From Guillardia theta CCMP2712 (Eukaryota; Protista; Cryptophyta), in assembly GCF_000315625.1 (NCBI RefSeq), contig NW_005434609.1, positions 241,602 to 305,601 on the forward strand: 64,000 nt of DNA, in the 5' to 3' direction. How positions within the stretch are numbered: the stretch's first letter is position 1; each line of letters begins with the position of its first letter. The notes under the pieces were generated by a model. That model had not been told where the DNA came from. It saw only the letters and a list, made by a program, of their open reading frames with translations, and searched no databases. This document shows, piece after piece, positions 53,980 through 64,000 of this stretch. Both the position numbers and the translations under genes were made by a program.

Positions 53980-54610
53980 TCATACAAAGTATCTCAACTT
54001 CTCATCATGCTCCTCGGAGACAAGGTTGTTGAAGTACCTGAATGGCAAGTAAAGTTAGCATGATCTCCCTTCCTCGCATCTCTGTCACCTCTCGTCTCTC
54101 TTCGACTGCGTGAGCTGCGCTCCTGGCTCCACGACAAACTTGGTGATGTCTACAAAGGTAGAGGCAATGATGCTCCTCCTCTCTCCATCAAGCATGGTTG
54201 GGATCGTAGAGTCTCTCAGATCGTTCTCGTACGTCTGCGAAGATAAGTGGTGCTGATCTCCATACGTCTCCTCCCGCTTTCTGCCCACAAAGGGAGCCTG
54301 AACAGTATCGCAGTCCAGGAATCCAGACAGGAGGCTTCCAAGCAAGTCCATCGGCCTGTCTGGCCTCTCGTTCTTCTTTACAGCTCCTGAGCTGGGGATC
54401 GGGGAGAACCTATAGTACTGGATGGGGACGTGGACGAAGCTCTGCGTCGACCCCTCGACGTAATGTCGGATCGTGTCATCGTACGAGTCCATCCCGCTGA
54501 AGGAAAGAAGTATCAGCGACTCTCCTCGATCAACACAACACTGCAGGCGCATCTGACAACCCATCGATCATGGTTCTCTACCTGCTCGCATCCCCGCCAT
54601 CGTCGTTCAT
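53980..54610 (-). CDS. Hypothetical protein (3 exons)
   Basis: MNDDGGDAS|SGMDSYDD...QSKRDE|RYFNNLVSEEHDEKLRYFV-TGA with GT-AG introns. Confidence 0.6.
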
Positions 54611-55754
54611 GGTCTCGTCATGCGCTACATTGACTAGCCCAGACTGCGACGCTGCCATGGGTCGCGGGGTCAAGCGCCAGGACAGTACGGTGTAGTCCCC
54701 CTGTTGAGTAAAGTTCTATCGAGACCTCAAAGCTGGACATGATTTAGGACACAATTGAAATTCTCGGGGCTAAATTCATTTCAGCAGTTCACAATAGAGA
54801 AGAATATTGAATAATAAAACTATTGTTAATTTTTTTGCTGTACCACAAAGTTGGTGCCTAATAATAAATTTTCTGTCATAATCTAAAACAGGGGTTTTAA
54901 ATCAGTACCATGATTCAAATATCAGAAGTTGAGCGGGTACCTGCTGTTAGTACGAGGGAGCGGCCATGGTGTTGTGCCGCGGCGTAGGGGCAGTGGGGCT
55001 CTGGGAGAGAGAGGAAGAGGAGAGGAGTAAAGAGGCGAGAGTGAGGGAAGGGGAGGAGAGAAGAAAGAACCCGGGAATTGTGTAGGATAGGAGAGTAATT
55101 GAGTTCAGCAAGGTGGGAAGATCGGCGGGAGGTAGATGATTTTCAAGTGGAGGAGGAAGCATATTTTAATGGTGCAGCGAAAGAGCAAGTGGAGGATTGT
55201 GCTTGCGATGACGATCGCGGCCATGAAGACCATGATGACGATGATGACGATGATGATGACGACAGTGGTATTATTTGATATGATGATGGTTTAGGCAGGA
55301 TGTATTGAGTAGGAGGGAAGGAAAAGAACAGCAGAACGGATGGAGTTTTGTAGCAAAGCATGATACCAAAGAGCAGTAGAGAACATAGTCGATTTGAGAA
55401 TATTCTAGGAGAGCCATAGTCACTTTTGATTTGTAATTTAACCGTGTTCACTTCGAATGTTGCAATGCATGAAAACAAAAGTGGTGAAATTGCAAATTCA
55501 CACTCCGACTTTTCCCTTTCAGTTTGAGTTGAAGGCAGCCTTGTACTGCTTGCTTTCTTTCTTGTTGGTTTTGGTATTGCCATCTCACCCAAGCAATTTC
55601 TTGCACTTTTTGTGTCATGTTCAAGTTTTCTGAGATGAGGGGAATGTAACATTTCAACATCAACACTTTATCTTAATCTTGTTCGTCATAACGCTCTTGC
55701 TTCTCTTGCAGGTTTACAGCCCAAAACTCTTTCTCTCCCCCTCTCTTTCCGTCT

Positions 55755-57386
55755 ATGCCGCAATCGTCGAGAGAGGAGTGTTCGGGCTGTCTGCAGAAGC
55801 AAAGGCAGTCAAACTTCAGGAACATCAAAGAATTCCCCGGTCTTAGGCTCTGCACGACATGCCGAGGGAAGTACATGCGCAACATGAAGAACAGGGACGA
55901 TGACCCCAACGCGATCGACGGCAGCATGCAGGCGATGAATGGAGCACAGCAGGAGATGCCCATCCCGCCGCCGATGCAGATGCCGATGGGAGTGCCGATG
56001 CAAAGACAGCAGCACTCCATGGCTATCGGCGAGATCTGCACAGCCTCCGAGGGCCTTGACATGGGCATGGAGGGACCGAGCGCTGGAAGCTCGAGGCCTG
56101 CCCCCTCCTACTCCTCCATCCTGTCGCCGAGCAACGGCGTACAAGGAGGTCAGCAGGCGGCAGACGGCAGGGGGCAAGTTCACCAGTGGACCGACGAGGC
56201 GACCTTCTATCTGCTCCGGTACATGATGAGCGTCGGCATCACGACGCTGTCGATTCCGCGGGGATGGCATGAGAAGGAATCTGAGGGGAGGCTGCAGTGG
56301 GTGGAGAGCGCGGTCATCCAGTTGTCGCTCACGGGCTTCAAGACCGACGCGCATCATGTCTACCTGAGGGTCCGCACCCTCCGCGATCGCTTCGGCGTTG
56401 GGCAGGACTCGTTCATGCACTGCTACATGACGTTTGCTCAGAGCTGCGACCCGAACCGCACCATGTTCAGCCAGCTCTCCATGATCTACGAGGAGCTCAC
56501 CACCCTCCGCAAGGAGAACGCAAGTCTGCGCAAGAGCATGGCGAAGCATGGTGACCGTGTCATACGATGGAGCAACATACAGGACCCGCACGAGCTTCAG
56601 TCGGAAGTTCGTTCGTATGCGAGCAGGTGCGAAACACTTTCTCTTCTCATCCTCCTCTCAGGAGGCTGCTGTTATGACCCTTCTCTTGCTAGGTATGGAT
56701 CTCAGATCGGAACCGATCGTACGAAGCTTCCGGATGACAACCCAGAAGAGCAGCGGGAGCATCCCCTCCAGGCCATCGTGCAGACTGTGAGCTCCTTGTC
56801 CAATCGCTACCGAGCCGACGTCATCAAGGCCTGCATCGAGGCTCATGCGCTGCAATGCAGAATCTCCAACATCAACCTCAAGGACGACCCCGAGATGTAC
56901 AACGTGGTGAACAGCAGATTAGCTTGTCGTCAGCTCCAGTCCGTCAACCTCCCAGACATCGTCTCGAAGCTCGTGGAGTTCGCCACTGAGAACATCCAGG
57001 GCCTGAAGAACTCTCACAGGATTATGCCCTTCCTCGTCCACGACTGGTGTCAGCAGGGGCTGTGCACAGATATCCGCAACATGCGCTACTCTGAGCAGGT
57101 GCACGAGTTCGCGGAGAACTTGCGGTCAAACACGCAGGGCAAGGGCTATCGGTTCATGAGAGGGCGAGCCTCCAAGGGCAAGCTGACGCCTGGCAACACA
57201 AACGCGCGACTGAGCCCGTCAACGACTTACATGAACCTGCCGCTGCCCAGCCCCAGCACGATCATGAAGATTAGGAAGCGAAGGCGACAGATCGAGCTGG
57301 CATCGATGATGGGCGCGGCAGCGGACAAGGACGCGATGAAGAAGCCGGCGGCTCCTCCCCCCGAGATGCCAGCGGCTCCCATGTGA
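55755..57386 (+). CDS. Putative DNA-binding protein: C2C2 + Myb/SANT(trihelix)-like + coiled coil + P-element-transposase-like HTH
   Basis: 543-aa ORF. CSGC..CTTC; WTDEATFYLL..W..GF..VYLRVRTLRDRF; MRYSEQVHEFAENL..KGYRFMRG..LPLPSPSTI; basic NLS KIRKRRR. Confidence 0.7.
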   Translation: MPQSSREECSGCLQKQRQSNFRNIKEFPGLRLCTTCRGKYMRNMKNRDDDPNAIDGSMQAMNGAQQEMPIPPPMQMPMGVPMQRQQHSMAIGEICTASEGLDMGMEGPSAGSSRPAPSYSSILSPSNGVQGGQQAADGRGQVHQWTDEATFYLLRYMMSVGITTLSIPRGWHEKESEGRLQWVESAVIQLSLTGFKTDAHHVYLRVRTLRDRFGVGQDSFMHCYMTFAQSCDPNRTMFSQLSMIYEELTTLRKENASLRKSMAKHGDRVIRWSNIQDPHELQSEVRSYASRCETLSLLILLSGGCCYDPSLARYGSQIGTDRTKLPDDNPEEQREHPLQAIVQTVSSLSNRYRADVIKACIEAHALQCRISNINLKDDPEMYNVVNSRLACRQLQSVNLPDIVSKLVEFATENIQGLKNSHRIMPFLVHDWCQQGLCTDIRNMRYSEQVHEFAENLRSNTQGKGYRFMRGRASKGKLTPGNTNARLSPSTTYMNLPLPSPSTIMKIRKRRRQIELASMMGAAADKDAMKKPAAPPPEMPAAPM

Positions 57387-57506
57387 TGATTATGACGTCT
57401 CGAACATTCGAGAATCTTGACTGCCGTCGTGAAGAAGCGTTGATCCGGTTGACTCTATTGACTCTTTTCTGTGTTGTGTAAACTATTCCTGCAATTAAGC
57501 TGCAGC

Positions 57507-59400
57507 CTACATCCTCCCCAGCTCGTTCTCTGCTCTGTTGGCGGTTAACCCCATGAGCTCAGGCTCGATCACGGCCTGGGCTCTTCTCACTCTGACACAC
57601 GATTGTCCACCAGCAGATCCCCAGCTGTGGAGGATTTTCCCCTGAATGACTTGAGAGCTATCTTGGCGGTATCGATGAGCGGCTGGGAAGAGCTCTTCAT
57701 CCTCCTGTAGAAACTAGTGAGCGGGTCCGAGGGCACGTGCAGTCGCCCACGCACCGGTACGCGGATTTCGCCGAGTTGTAAATCGGTCGGATGAATTTCT
57801 CAGCTCGTGACATGTCGTTTTCGGACTCGAGGAAAGATGACCGGGCGTTGGCGATCTTGACTTGTCCAGTCAGCCTGCAGCCCCAAGTCAGCAAGGAGAC
57901 ACAGGACACACGTCAGGTCGTCGTACTCGTCAATCTCGTAGACAGCAACTGGCCCAAGCATCCACTCGCTTATCTTCTTCAGCACGGACTCAACCTGCCG
58001 CCGGCAGTCAGCTCCTCGACAGCAGCATCTGGAAGGGTCACCATGTCCTCCAGCGGACGAACGACAGGGAGGATGCAGGAGTTGAGAGGCGTCGCTGATA
58101 AGCCCTCGTGCATGCTGTGAGAACCGCGGAGTTCTCCTTCAACTCGAGTGACTCGTAGCTTCGAATCTTGGGATAGCAACATCTCATCTGTCCCGTCGTC
58201 ATCCCAGCAATAAGTCAACTTCAAGTCCCGGGGTTTACCGTAGATGGGACAGTGGTCGCAGTTCAGAAACGTGTTCTGGTTTTCGGAATCCCAGTTTCTC
58301 CTCGACGAGAGCGTTTCCTCCCAATCGTCCAGGCTGTTCTGCTTGCTGCTGATCAGAGCAGACGAAGAATTATTGTTCGTGAATGCCCTGCGAGACCGAG
58401 AGTTACTAGAAGTCGAGGCAGCAAGGCGCACAAGCTCACAGTCTCCATGCAGAAGGACTCTTGTTAATATTGAAATGCCGCGGAGCAGTTGAAGAAGACG
58501 TCTGCAAACCTTCTGCTGAACTTGACTGGGAGATGCCTCGAGAGACAGGTAAGTCCCTAATCGCCCTGCTCCTTGAATTAGATCGCTGTATTCACCCGCC
58601 ACAAAGATTATTCGACCTGCGCTCGCCTGTTTGAGAAGAGGCTCTGTCATGATCACTCTCCTTATGATTTCCTCGTCTGCCATGCTTGGTTGCTTCAGCA
58701 ACATCCCTCGCCACGTCTTGAAGAAACAAGTGCGTCTATTGAGTGCAAAAAAATTCAGAAATGCAAAAAGCAAAAGAGAAAGAGTTACATTGCAACGCAT
58801 GGCACTGTTCAGTTCAGACATCTCGGCAAAATATCGGAAGGTCTGATCGAGCACATCGGCCTGGCTGCGGTATGCTACATTCATTTCACTGGAAATCTCC
58901 TGCGGAGAAATCAACACTATTCAACCGCAGGAACCAAAATGTACATCAAGAACGAGTAGCACGACGAGAAGAACGGTCCAACTACGTGAAGACATCTTTA
59001 TACTGCACGTCTGAGCCGAAGACGGAGAGCTGTAATCAAAATTCACCGAGATTCTCCATCAATCTGCGGGTGAAACGACGTCAGGTTTTCCTCTTCATAA
59101 ACTGATTATGCCATCAACTAGACTTGATTACATCTTCGCAAAGGATCGTATCATCGACTTTCATTCTCTCTCTCCCCCCCCCTCTCTCTCTCTCCTCTCT
59201 CCTCTCCTCCCCTCCGTCTGACCTCCGGGGTCCCCGTGCTCTACTGCCACTGGGCTCGGTCGTTTCCTGCCGGGTCTTGGCCTGCCCCGTGCTCCCCCGC
59301 ATCACACTGACGCCTCCTGCTGACTTACCGCCTAACATGCATCCGCGTTGATCGAGCCTGGATCATCGAGACTGACTTGCGCTCGAGAGCCTACACGTCT
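57507..59400 (-). CDS. Hypothetical multi-exon protein
   Basis: Long ORF 57979-58917 plus short downstream exons ending ENELGRM-TAG. 5' end runs toward an N gap. Confidence 0.5.
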
Positions 59401-59433
59401 TCACGTCCCTCTGTTCCCACTTCTCTTTTACTC

Positions 59434-59610
59434 NNNNNNNNNNNNNNNNNNNNNNNNNNNNNNNNNNNNNNNNNNNNNNNNNNNNNNNNNNNNNNNNNNN
59501 NNNNNNNNNNNNNNNNNNNNNNNNNNNNNNNNNNNNNNNNNNNNNNNNNNNNNNNNNNNNNNNNNNNNNNNNNNNNNNNNNNNNNNNNNNNNNNNNNNNN
59601 NNNNNNNNNN
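59434..59610. other. Assembly gap (177 N)
   Basis: Run of n. Confidence 1.
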
Positions 59611-60244
59611 TCCCACCAAACAATTAACTTCATTCCTCTCCTCTCCTCTCCTCTCCTCTCCTCTCCTCTCCCTTCCTCTCCTCCCCCCAAACTCACATGC
59701 TCTCCTCTCCCTCTAGACCTTTATTCTCCTCCTTCCCTTCCTGCCCTCATCCTCTCTTCATTTCCTCTCCTCCTCCTCCATGTCCCAGACGGCTCTACAT
59801 CTCCATGAACAGTTGAGGTTACGACCCCAGTACCACCCCGACCCATTCGCTCCCAAAATCTAAATGGTCTCCACCCCACCCCCTCCCAAATTCACTTTCT
59901 CCTTCTACCTACCCTACCTTAATCCCAGTGTTTTATATTTTTCCCCATACCCCTCATACCTACCCCTTTGTTGCATGTATATTGAACAAAGCAGCACCCC
60001 ATCCTGTTTCCAGGGGTAGTGAAGGGGGTGGGTCATTTTTATCCGCACGCTGGTTGGCGGGGCGTCGGCCTTGATGGCCCAAAGCAGGGCCCGGGGCCCG
60101 GACTCCGTCGGAGAATTGCCACTGAGTACGGTCAGTGCCAATTGGACTACGAGCCGGTACGGACCCTCAGTTACCAAAAGATATCACTGATCCACGGCAT
60201 GGTGTAGGCTGCGAGAGAGCAACTTCAAGTTTGAATCAGCGGGT

Positions 60245-60281
60245 AAAAAAGTTAACCCGCCTTCAAGTTCGAATGTAAAAA
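60245..60281 (-). terminator. Tandem Pol III oligo-T terminators (T5 then T6) downstream of tRNA-Sec
   Basis: Minus strand reads GGTAATCTTTTTAC then GGTTAACTTTTTTAC. Confidence 0.65.
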
Positions 60282-60288
60282 GATTACC

Positions 60289-60375
60289 CGCCTCGAAGGA
60301 GGAATCGAACCTCTAGGGCGTCAACCCTCACTGGATTTGAAGTCCAGCCCCAGCGCCAGCCAGGATCATCGGGGC
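60289..60375 (-). tRNA. tRNA-Sec (anticodon UCA), eukaryotic 9/4 fold
   Basis: GCCCCGATGATCCTGGCTGGCGCTGGGGCTGGACTTCAAATCCAGTGAGGGTTGACGCCCTAGAGGTTCGATTCCTCCTTCGAGGCG: 87 nt, 9-bp acceptor with U-U pair, 6-bp D stem with 4-nt loop, CUUCAAA loop, long variable arm, 4-bp T stem, G discriminator. Confidence 0.95.
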
Positions 60376-60380
60376 AAACC

Positions 60381-60453
60381 TGGACAACCCGGGTATCGAT
60401 CCCGGTGCCTCTCGCATGCTAAGCGAGCGCTCTACCATCTGAGCTAGTCGCCC
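60381..60453 (-). tRNA. tRNA-Ala (anticodon AGC)
   Basis: GGGCGACTAGCTCAGATGGTAGAGCGCTCGCTTAGCATGCGAGAGGCACCGGGATCGATACCCGGGTTGTCCA: 73 nt cloverleaf with the G3:U70 identity pair. Confidence 0.97.
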
Positions 60454-61027
60454 GTGACATGTTACGATCGCAAGATCTTAGGTTTCATGAACATGTTAGA
60501 TTGGATGGTACTTGTTTGCGTCCATGAGGGTTGGTGAGATCAGAGGGTGGGTAGTATTGTAATGGTGTTTGTTCGTGGGAGAGGGTAGCATGGCAATACT
60601 TTTTACTTATGTCTTTTACTATAATTTCTTCACGCTGTACCCCTTTTGCTTTCCCAGTCTGTTGTCACACCGTAGATACCCCTTCATATTCTGTTAGGGT
60701 ATGACCCACCCTACCTAATCCCACAGCTGACACTCTTCCATCCCTTCCATGCAGATACACAAGGCTGCGAGGGGCGCGAGTAGGGTGGGAGGAGGAGGAG
60801 GTGGTGGTGATGGTGGGGCAAGAGCTGTAGTACGAGGGATACGATCCAACGGGTATCTGACCTCCTCTAGCTTCTCTGCTCCTATCAGTCCCTGGAATAC
60901 GCGGAATACCCAATATTCTGTAATTTCCTGTCCTCGCTTCTCTTTCCAATCAGCAACCAGGTTGCAAAACATTCCCTCAGCATTTCCAAAGTGCTACACT
61001 AGACAAACGGTTTCTCGTACACCCATA

Positions 61028-62399
61028 ATGCCAGGAGAAATTCCTACCGTTTTCAACCATCTAGGTGCACACAAGATGATTGTTGATGTACCAGCGCTGC
61101 ATAAATTTCCTCGCCGTCATCTGCATTATTCCTCGGAATGCTCTTCTTCCATCAAGAACAGTTGGACTCATCTCAAGAACAGAGCTGTGATCGAGGTGGC
61201 TGGAGAAGATTGTGTTGCATTCTTGCAGGGGTTAACCACCAACGACATGAAGCAGTTGAATTCCAAGAAGTCCATGCTGACTGCCTTCTTGAACGCACAG
61301 GGGAGAGTTATGCACGATGCCTTGTTGGTGTACTCAGAGTCTACAAATTCGGTCTTTATTGATGTGGCAAGGGACCAAAAAGAAGATTTCCTCAAGTTTT
61401 TGAAACGTTACAAGCTGCGAGCAAAGGTGGTGCTGACCGATCACTCGGAACGCCTCGCAGTATACGCGGCTGTGGGTTCAGAGGCGAGTCTTGACAGGTT
61501 CACATCAAAATCTAGCCCCCAAGACTGTATGTTGTTTCAGGACCCGCGCCTACGTGAGCTTGGGGTCCGATTGATCTCTGAAGAAGGGAAACATACACTG
61601 TTCACCTCGGCAGCCGGCTTCAGTGAAATCTCGGAGACGCTCTACGACATGTAATGCTAAGAGCTTGCACGCTCTGGACACGCTCTGATGATAGTTTGTT
61701 GGCAGATATCGAATCTCCCTTGGCGTTGCACAAGGTCCAAAGGAGTTGCTTCAGGGCACATGCTTGCCACTTGAAGGAAACATCGAACTGTTTGGAGGAG
61801 TTTCGTTCAACAAGGGGTGTTATGTTGGACAAGAGCTCACAGCACGAAGCCACTTCAGAGGGCAGGTGAAGTCTATGCCTTCTTTGTCATGTCTTCCGTT
61901 GGCAACAGCGCGACGCGATTTTGATGTTTGAGTGACGCTGCAAATTTCAGATACGCAAGCGCTTGATCCCATTTGTCATCACTGAGAATGGATTTGAAAT
62001 CAATGATGCAAGCACAGTAGACATTTTGGAAACGGCCATGAAGTTTGACAAAGAAGCAGTGACATCTGGTGAAAGCGTCGAGATCGAGGGCAAAGGTGTT
62101 GCATGTTATGCTCAATGAGAAATCGCAAACCAGGTTTCCTGACAGCGTGCAGGTTCAATCGGGAAAGTCATCGCAATGGAGAAGGGGATTGGTTTGGCGA
62201 TGATTCGACTGCAAAATGCTATGGCAAACTTCGACCAGTTAGGGAAGATTCGAGTGGGAAACTACCATGGATCACTGATCCTGCCAGGTTGACGAAACAT
62301 CGTTGCTGTCTCCGCTTCCTATTAACATTCAGCACAGGATGGTGGGATGGTATTGCTGAGCAAGAAAGTGCACGACAAATGCAGGAATCAAGCGCATAA
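61028..62399 (+). CDS. IBA57: IBA57/CAF17 (YgfZ family) mitochondrial Fe-S assembly factor
   Basis: FLQGLTTND, FLNAQGRV, KRYKLRAKV, DPRLRELGVR and the signature GVSFNKGCYVGQELTARSHFRGQ|IRKRL. Start codon uncertain. Confidence 0.92.
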
Positions 62400-62429
62400 A
62401 TTGCATCAGCGTCCACGTGAACTGAATCA

Positions 62430-63550
62430 AGGATGTCCGGCGGTGTTGGTAGTGTTAGAGGCAGTACCTCCGGTACGCGTCCGACCCGGCACGGTCCGTG
62501 TGACGTTGTCTTCACTCTTAGCCTCGGCTTGAAGCTGCGGCTGTTGGGCCACTACGGTACTCTGGTATGATCGCGGAAGTGGCCCGACGCGACGCGGCGG
62601 CGGCCCGTCACGTTCTCCGACGCGCCGCCGCCGACTCAGTCGCCGCCCGGATGTTCTGCCAGGCTGAGTACCCGGAGTACGGTCAGTCTGCTGAGTCAGT
62701 GTTTGGCATCGGACCGCCGGCCCAGTGTCACAATAGTTCAAGCCCGGTGAGCTACATGCCGCCGCGCCCGCAATGCCTTTACTGATCGGATCGGATGCCT
62801 GTCACGGCGGAGTGGCCCGGGCCTTGTTTCTGCCCACTGGCAACCGTGAACCGTTGGCAACCTCCGACACTTCAAGTACCCACAGGCAGCCTACGGCACT
62901 GCAGTGGTCACTGCTGAGTCTCGGATCGGACCGTACTGGGTCTGTCATCGGAGGCCGGGCCCTTGAATTTACCGTACCAGTAGTGACTCGGAATCTGCCG
63001 GGATGAACTTGAAAGTACCGTAATCGATCGGATCAGTGAAGCCTGACCCCCGTGCGGCGCGGCCGCGGCATGCACTTTACACGGTACTGAATCATCCATG
63101 CCGGCCGATTCCGGCGGCGTGACTCCTCCGAGACTCCCGCGCGGCCGGCCCGGGCCCGCGTCCGGGCTTCGGACGCGTACACTACAGTACCGTAGCCTTA
63201 GTACGGTAAAGGCTAGTAACGATTCAATGATTCCCGGGCGGCCCGGCCGCCGGCAAGTTTTGTCACTGGCTTCAGTGACTCCGGGGTCCGACGGTCACCG
63301 GACTCCGGACGTTCGGGGCCCGGCCGGCCCGGCCGGCTGGGCGGTGCACTGACTGCGGCAGTCACTCGGTACTCAGTTACTGCTTTCAACCGAAATCCGC
63401 GTCTCTTGATTGTCCACGTACTGATTTTTAACTTAACTTTGACTAAACTGAAGTTTCGAGGGGTGTATTTTATATCTGGGGAGGGTTTTAGTTATAAATT
63501 TAGTAGTATACGTTGTCATCTCTGACTGTATCTCCTCGGCCCGGGCCGGC
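62430..63550. promoter_or_regulatory. CCGG/palindrome-rich island upstream of RWP-RK gene
   Basis: Dense palindromes, with a motif copy at 63417-63447 on the minus strand. Confidence 0.5.
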
Positions 63551-63768
63551 TTTCTGACAACAAATGCCACTGAAAAGAGGTCTTTCCGATTGAGCACGTC
63601 GAACCATTCCTGAGACTTTTTGGAGCCGAGGAACAATAACAATAATAATATGAGATATGCGACATATCTATCCTCCCTCTCCCGCTTCCATCCTACACTG
63701 TCCCCCCCCCCCCCCACCCCACCCCCTCTTCATTTTTGTCTCCTGCTGCCCTTCTTTTCTCTCCCGTC

Positions 63769-64000
63769 ATGTACACCCGCATCAAAGTCTTCCCCAGAAA
63801 AAAGGCCGGCCAGGAGGAGAAGAACAAGCCCTTCTACCTCTCCACCCTCGACCTCACCACCATGTTCCACCTCAGCCTTCAAGCCGCCGCCGACGAGCTG
63901 GTGAGCCCCACGAGAGAGGAGCGAGGGGGACGAAGAGCTGACCCGAGCTTGTTGGAGCAGGGGATCTCGCTGACGGCCATGAAGAACACCTGCAAGAAGC
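63769..64000 (+). CDS. RWP-RK transcription factor (5' part, truncated by window end)
   Basis: MYTRIKVFPRKKAGQEEK..LDLTTMFHLSLQAAADEL|GISLTAMKNTCKK, intron 63901-63960. This is the segment that normally precedes the RWP motif. Confidence 0.85.
   Translation, partial: MYTRIKVFPRKKAGQEEKNKPFYLSTLDLTTMFHLSLQAAADELVSPTREERGGRRADPSLLEQGISLTAMKNTCKK

Noticed and set aside
60289-60375. Opal suppressor or tRNA-Trp(UCA) implying a code change
   Set aside because: The 9/4 fold, 6-bp D stem and long variable arm identify tRNA-Sec, and TGA ends normal genes here (e.g. RPB10).
13417-63437. Two motif copies exactly 50,000 bp apart
   Set aside because: Treated as coincidence; the interval includes N gaps of estimated length.

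Overview
Gene-dense eukaryotic nuclear DNA with many short (about 40-60 nt) GT-AG introns, CTGAC-type branch points and microsatellite-filled introns. The plastid-targeted phosphoribulokinase with a bipartite ASA-Y leader, the RWP-RK factor and the PDZ/coiled-coil family point to a cryptophyte alga of the Guillardia/Hanusia type (inference). About 23 protein genes could be assembled by hand across introns. Recognisable ones are PRK, glycine-cleavage T protein, IBA57/CAF17, RPB10, a GPR107/108-like 7TM protein, an MFS transporter, a tail-anchored RING-H2 protein, a TSNAXIP1-like protein, a giant PDZ-coiled coil-PDZ protein and a partial RWP-RK gene. The most notable items are: (1) a tRNA-Ala(AGC)-tRNA-Sec(UCA) tandem separated by only 5 bp, suggesting dicistronic Pol III transcription of tRNA-Sec; (2) CCGG/palindrome-rich islands and a recurring TTACTCAAAGTTAAGTTAAA motif found only upstream of genes; (3) a Myb/SANT plus P-element-like HTH protein that looks like a domesticated transposase; (4) a convergent pair of villin-headpiece-like mini-ORFs; (5) a microhomology-joined ~1 kb tandem duplication. 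Gene boundaries are manual splice reconstructions, and two N gaps are present.
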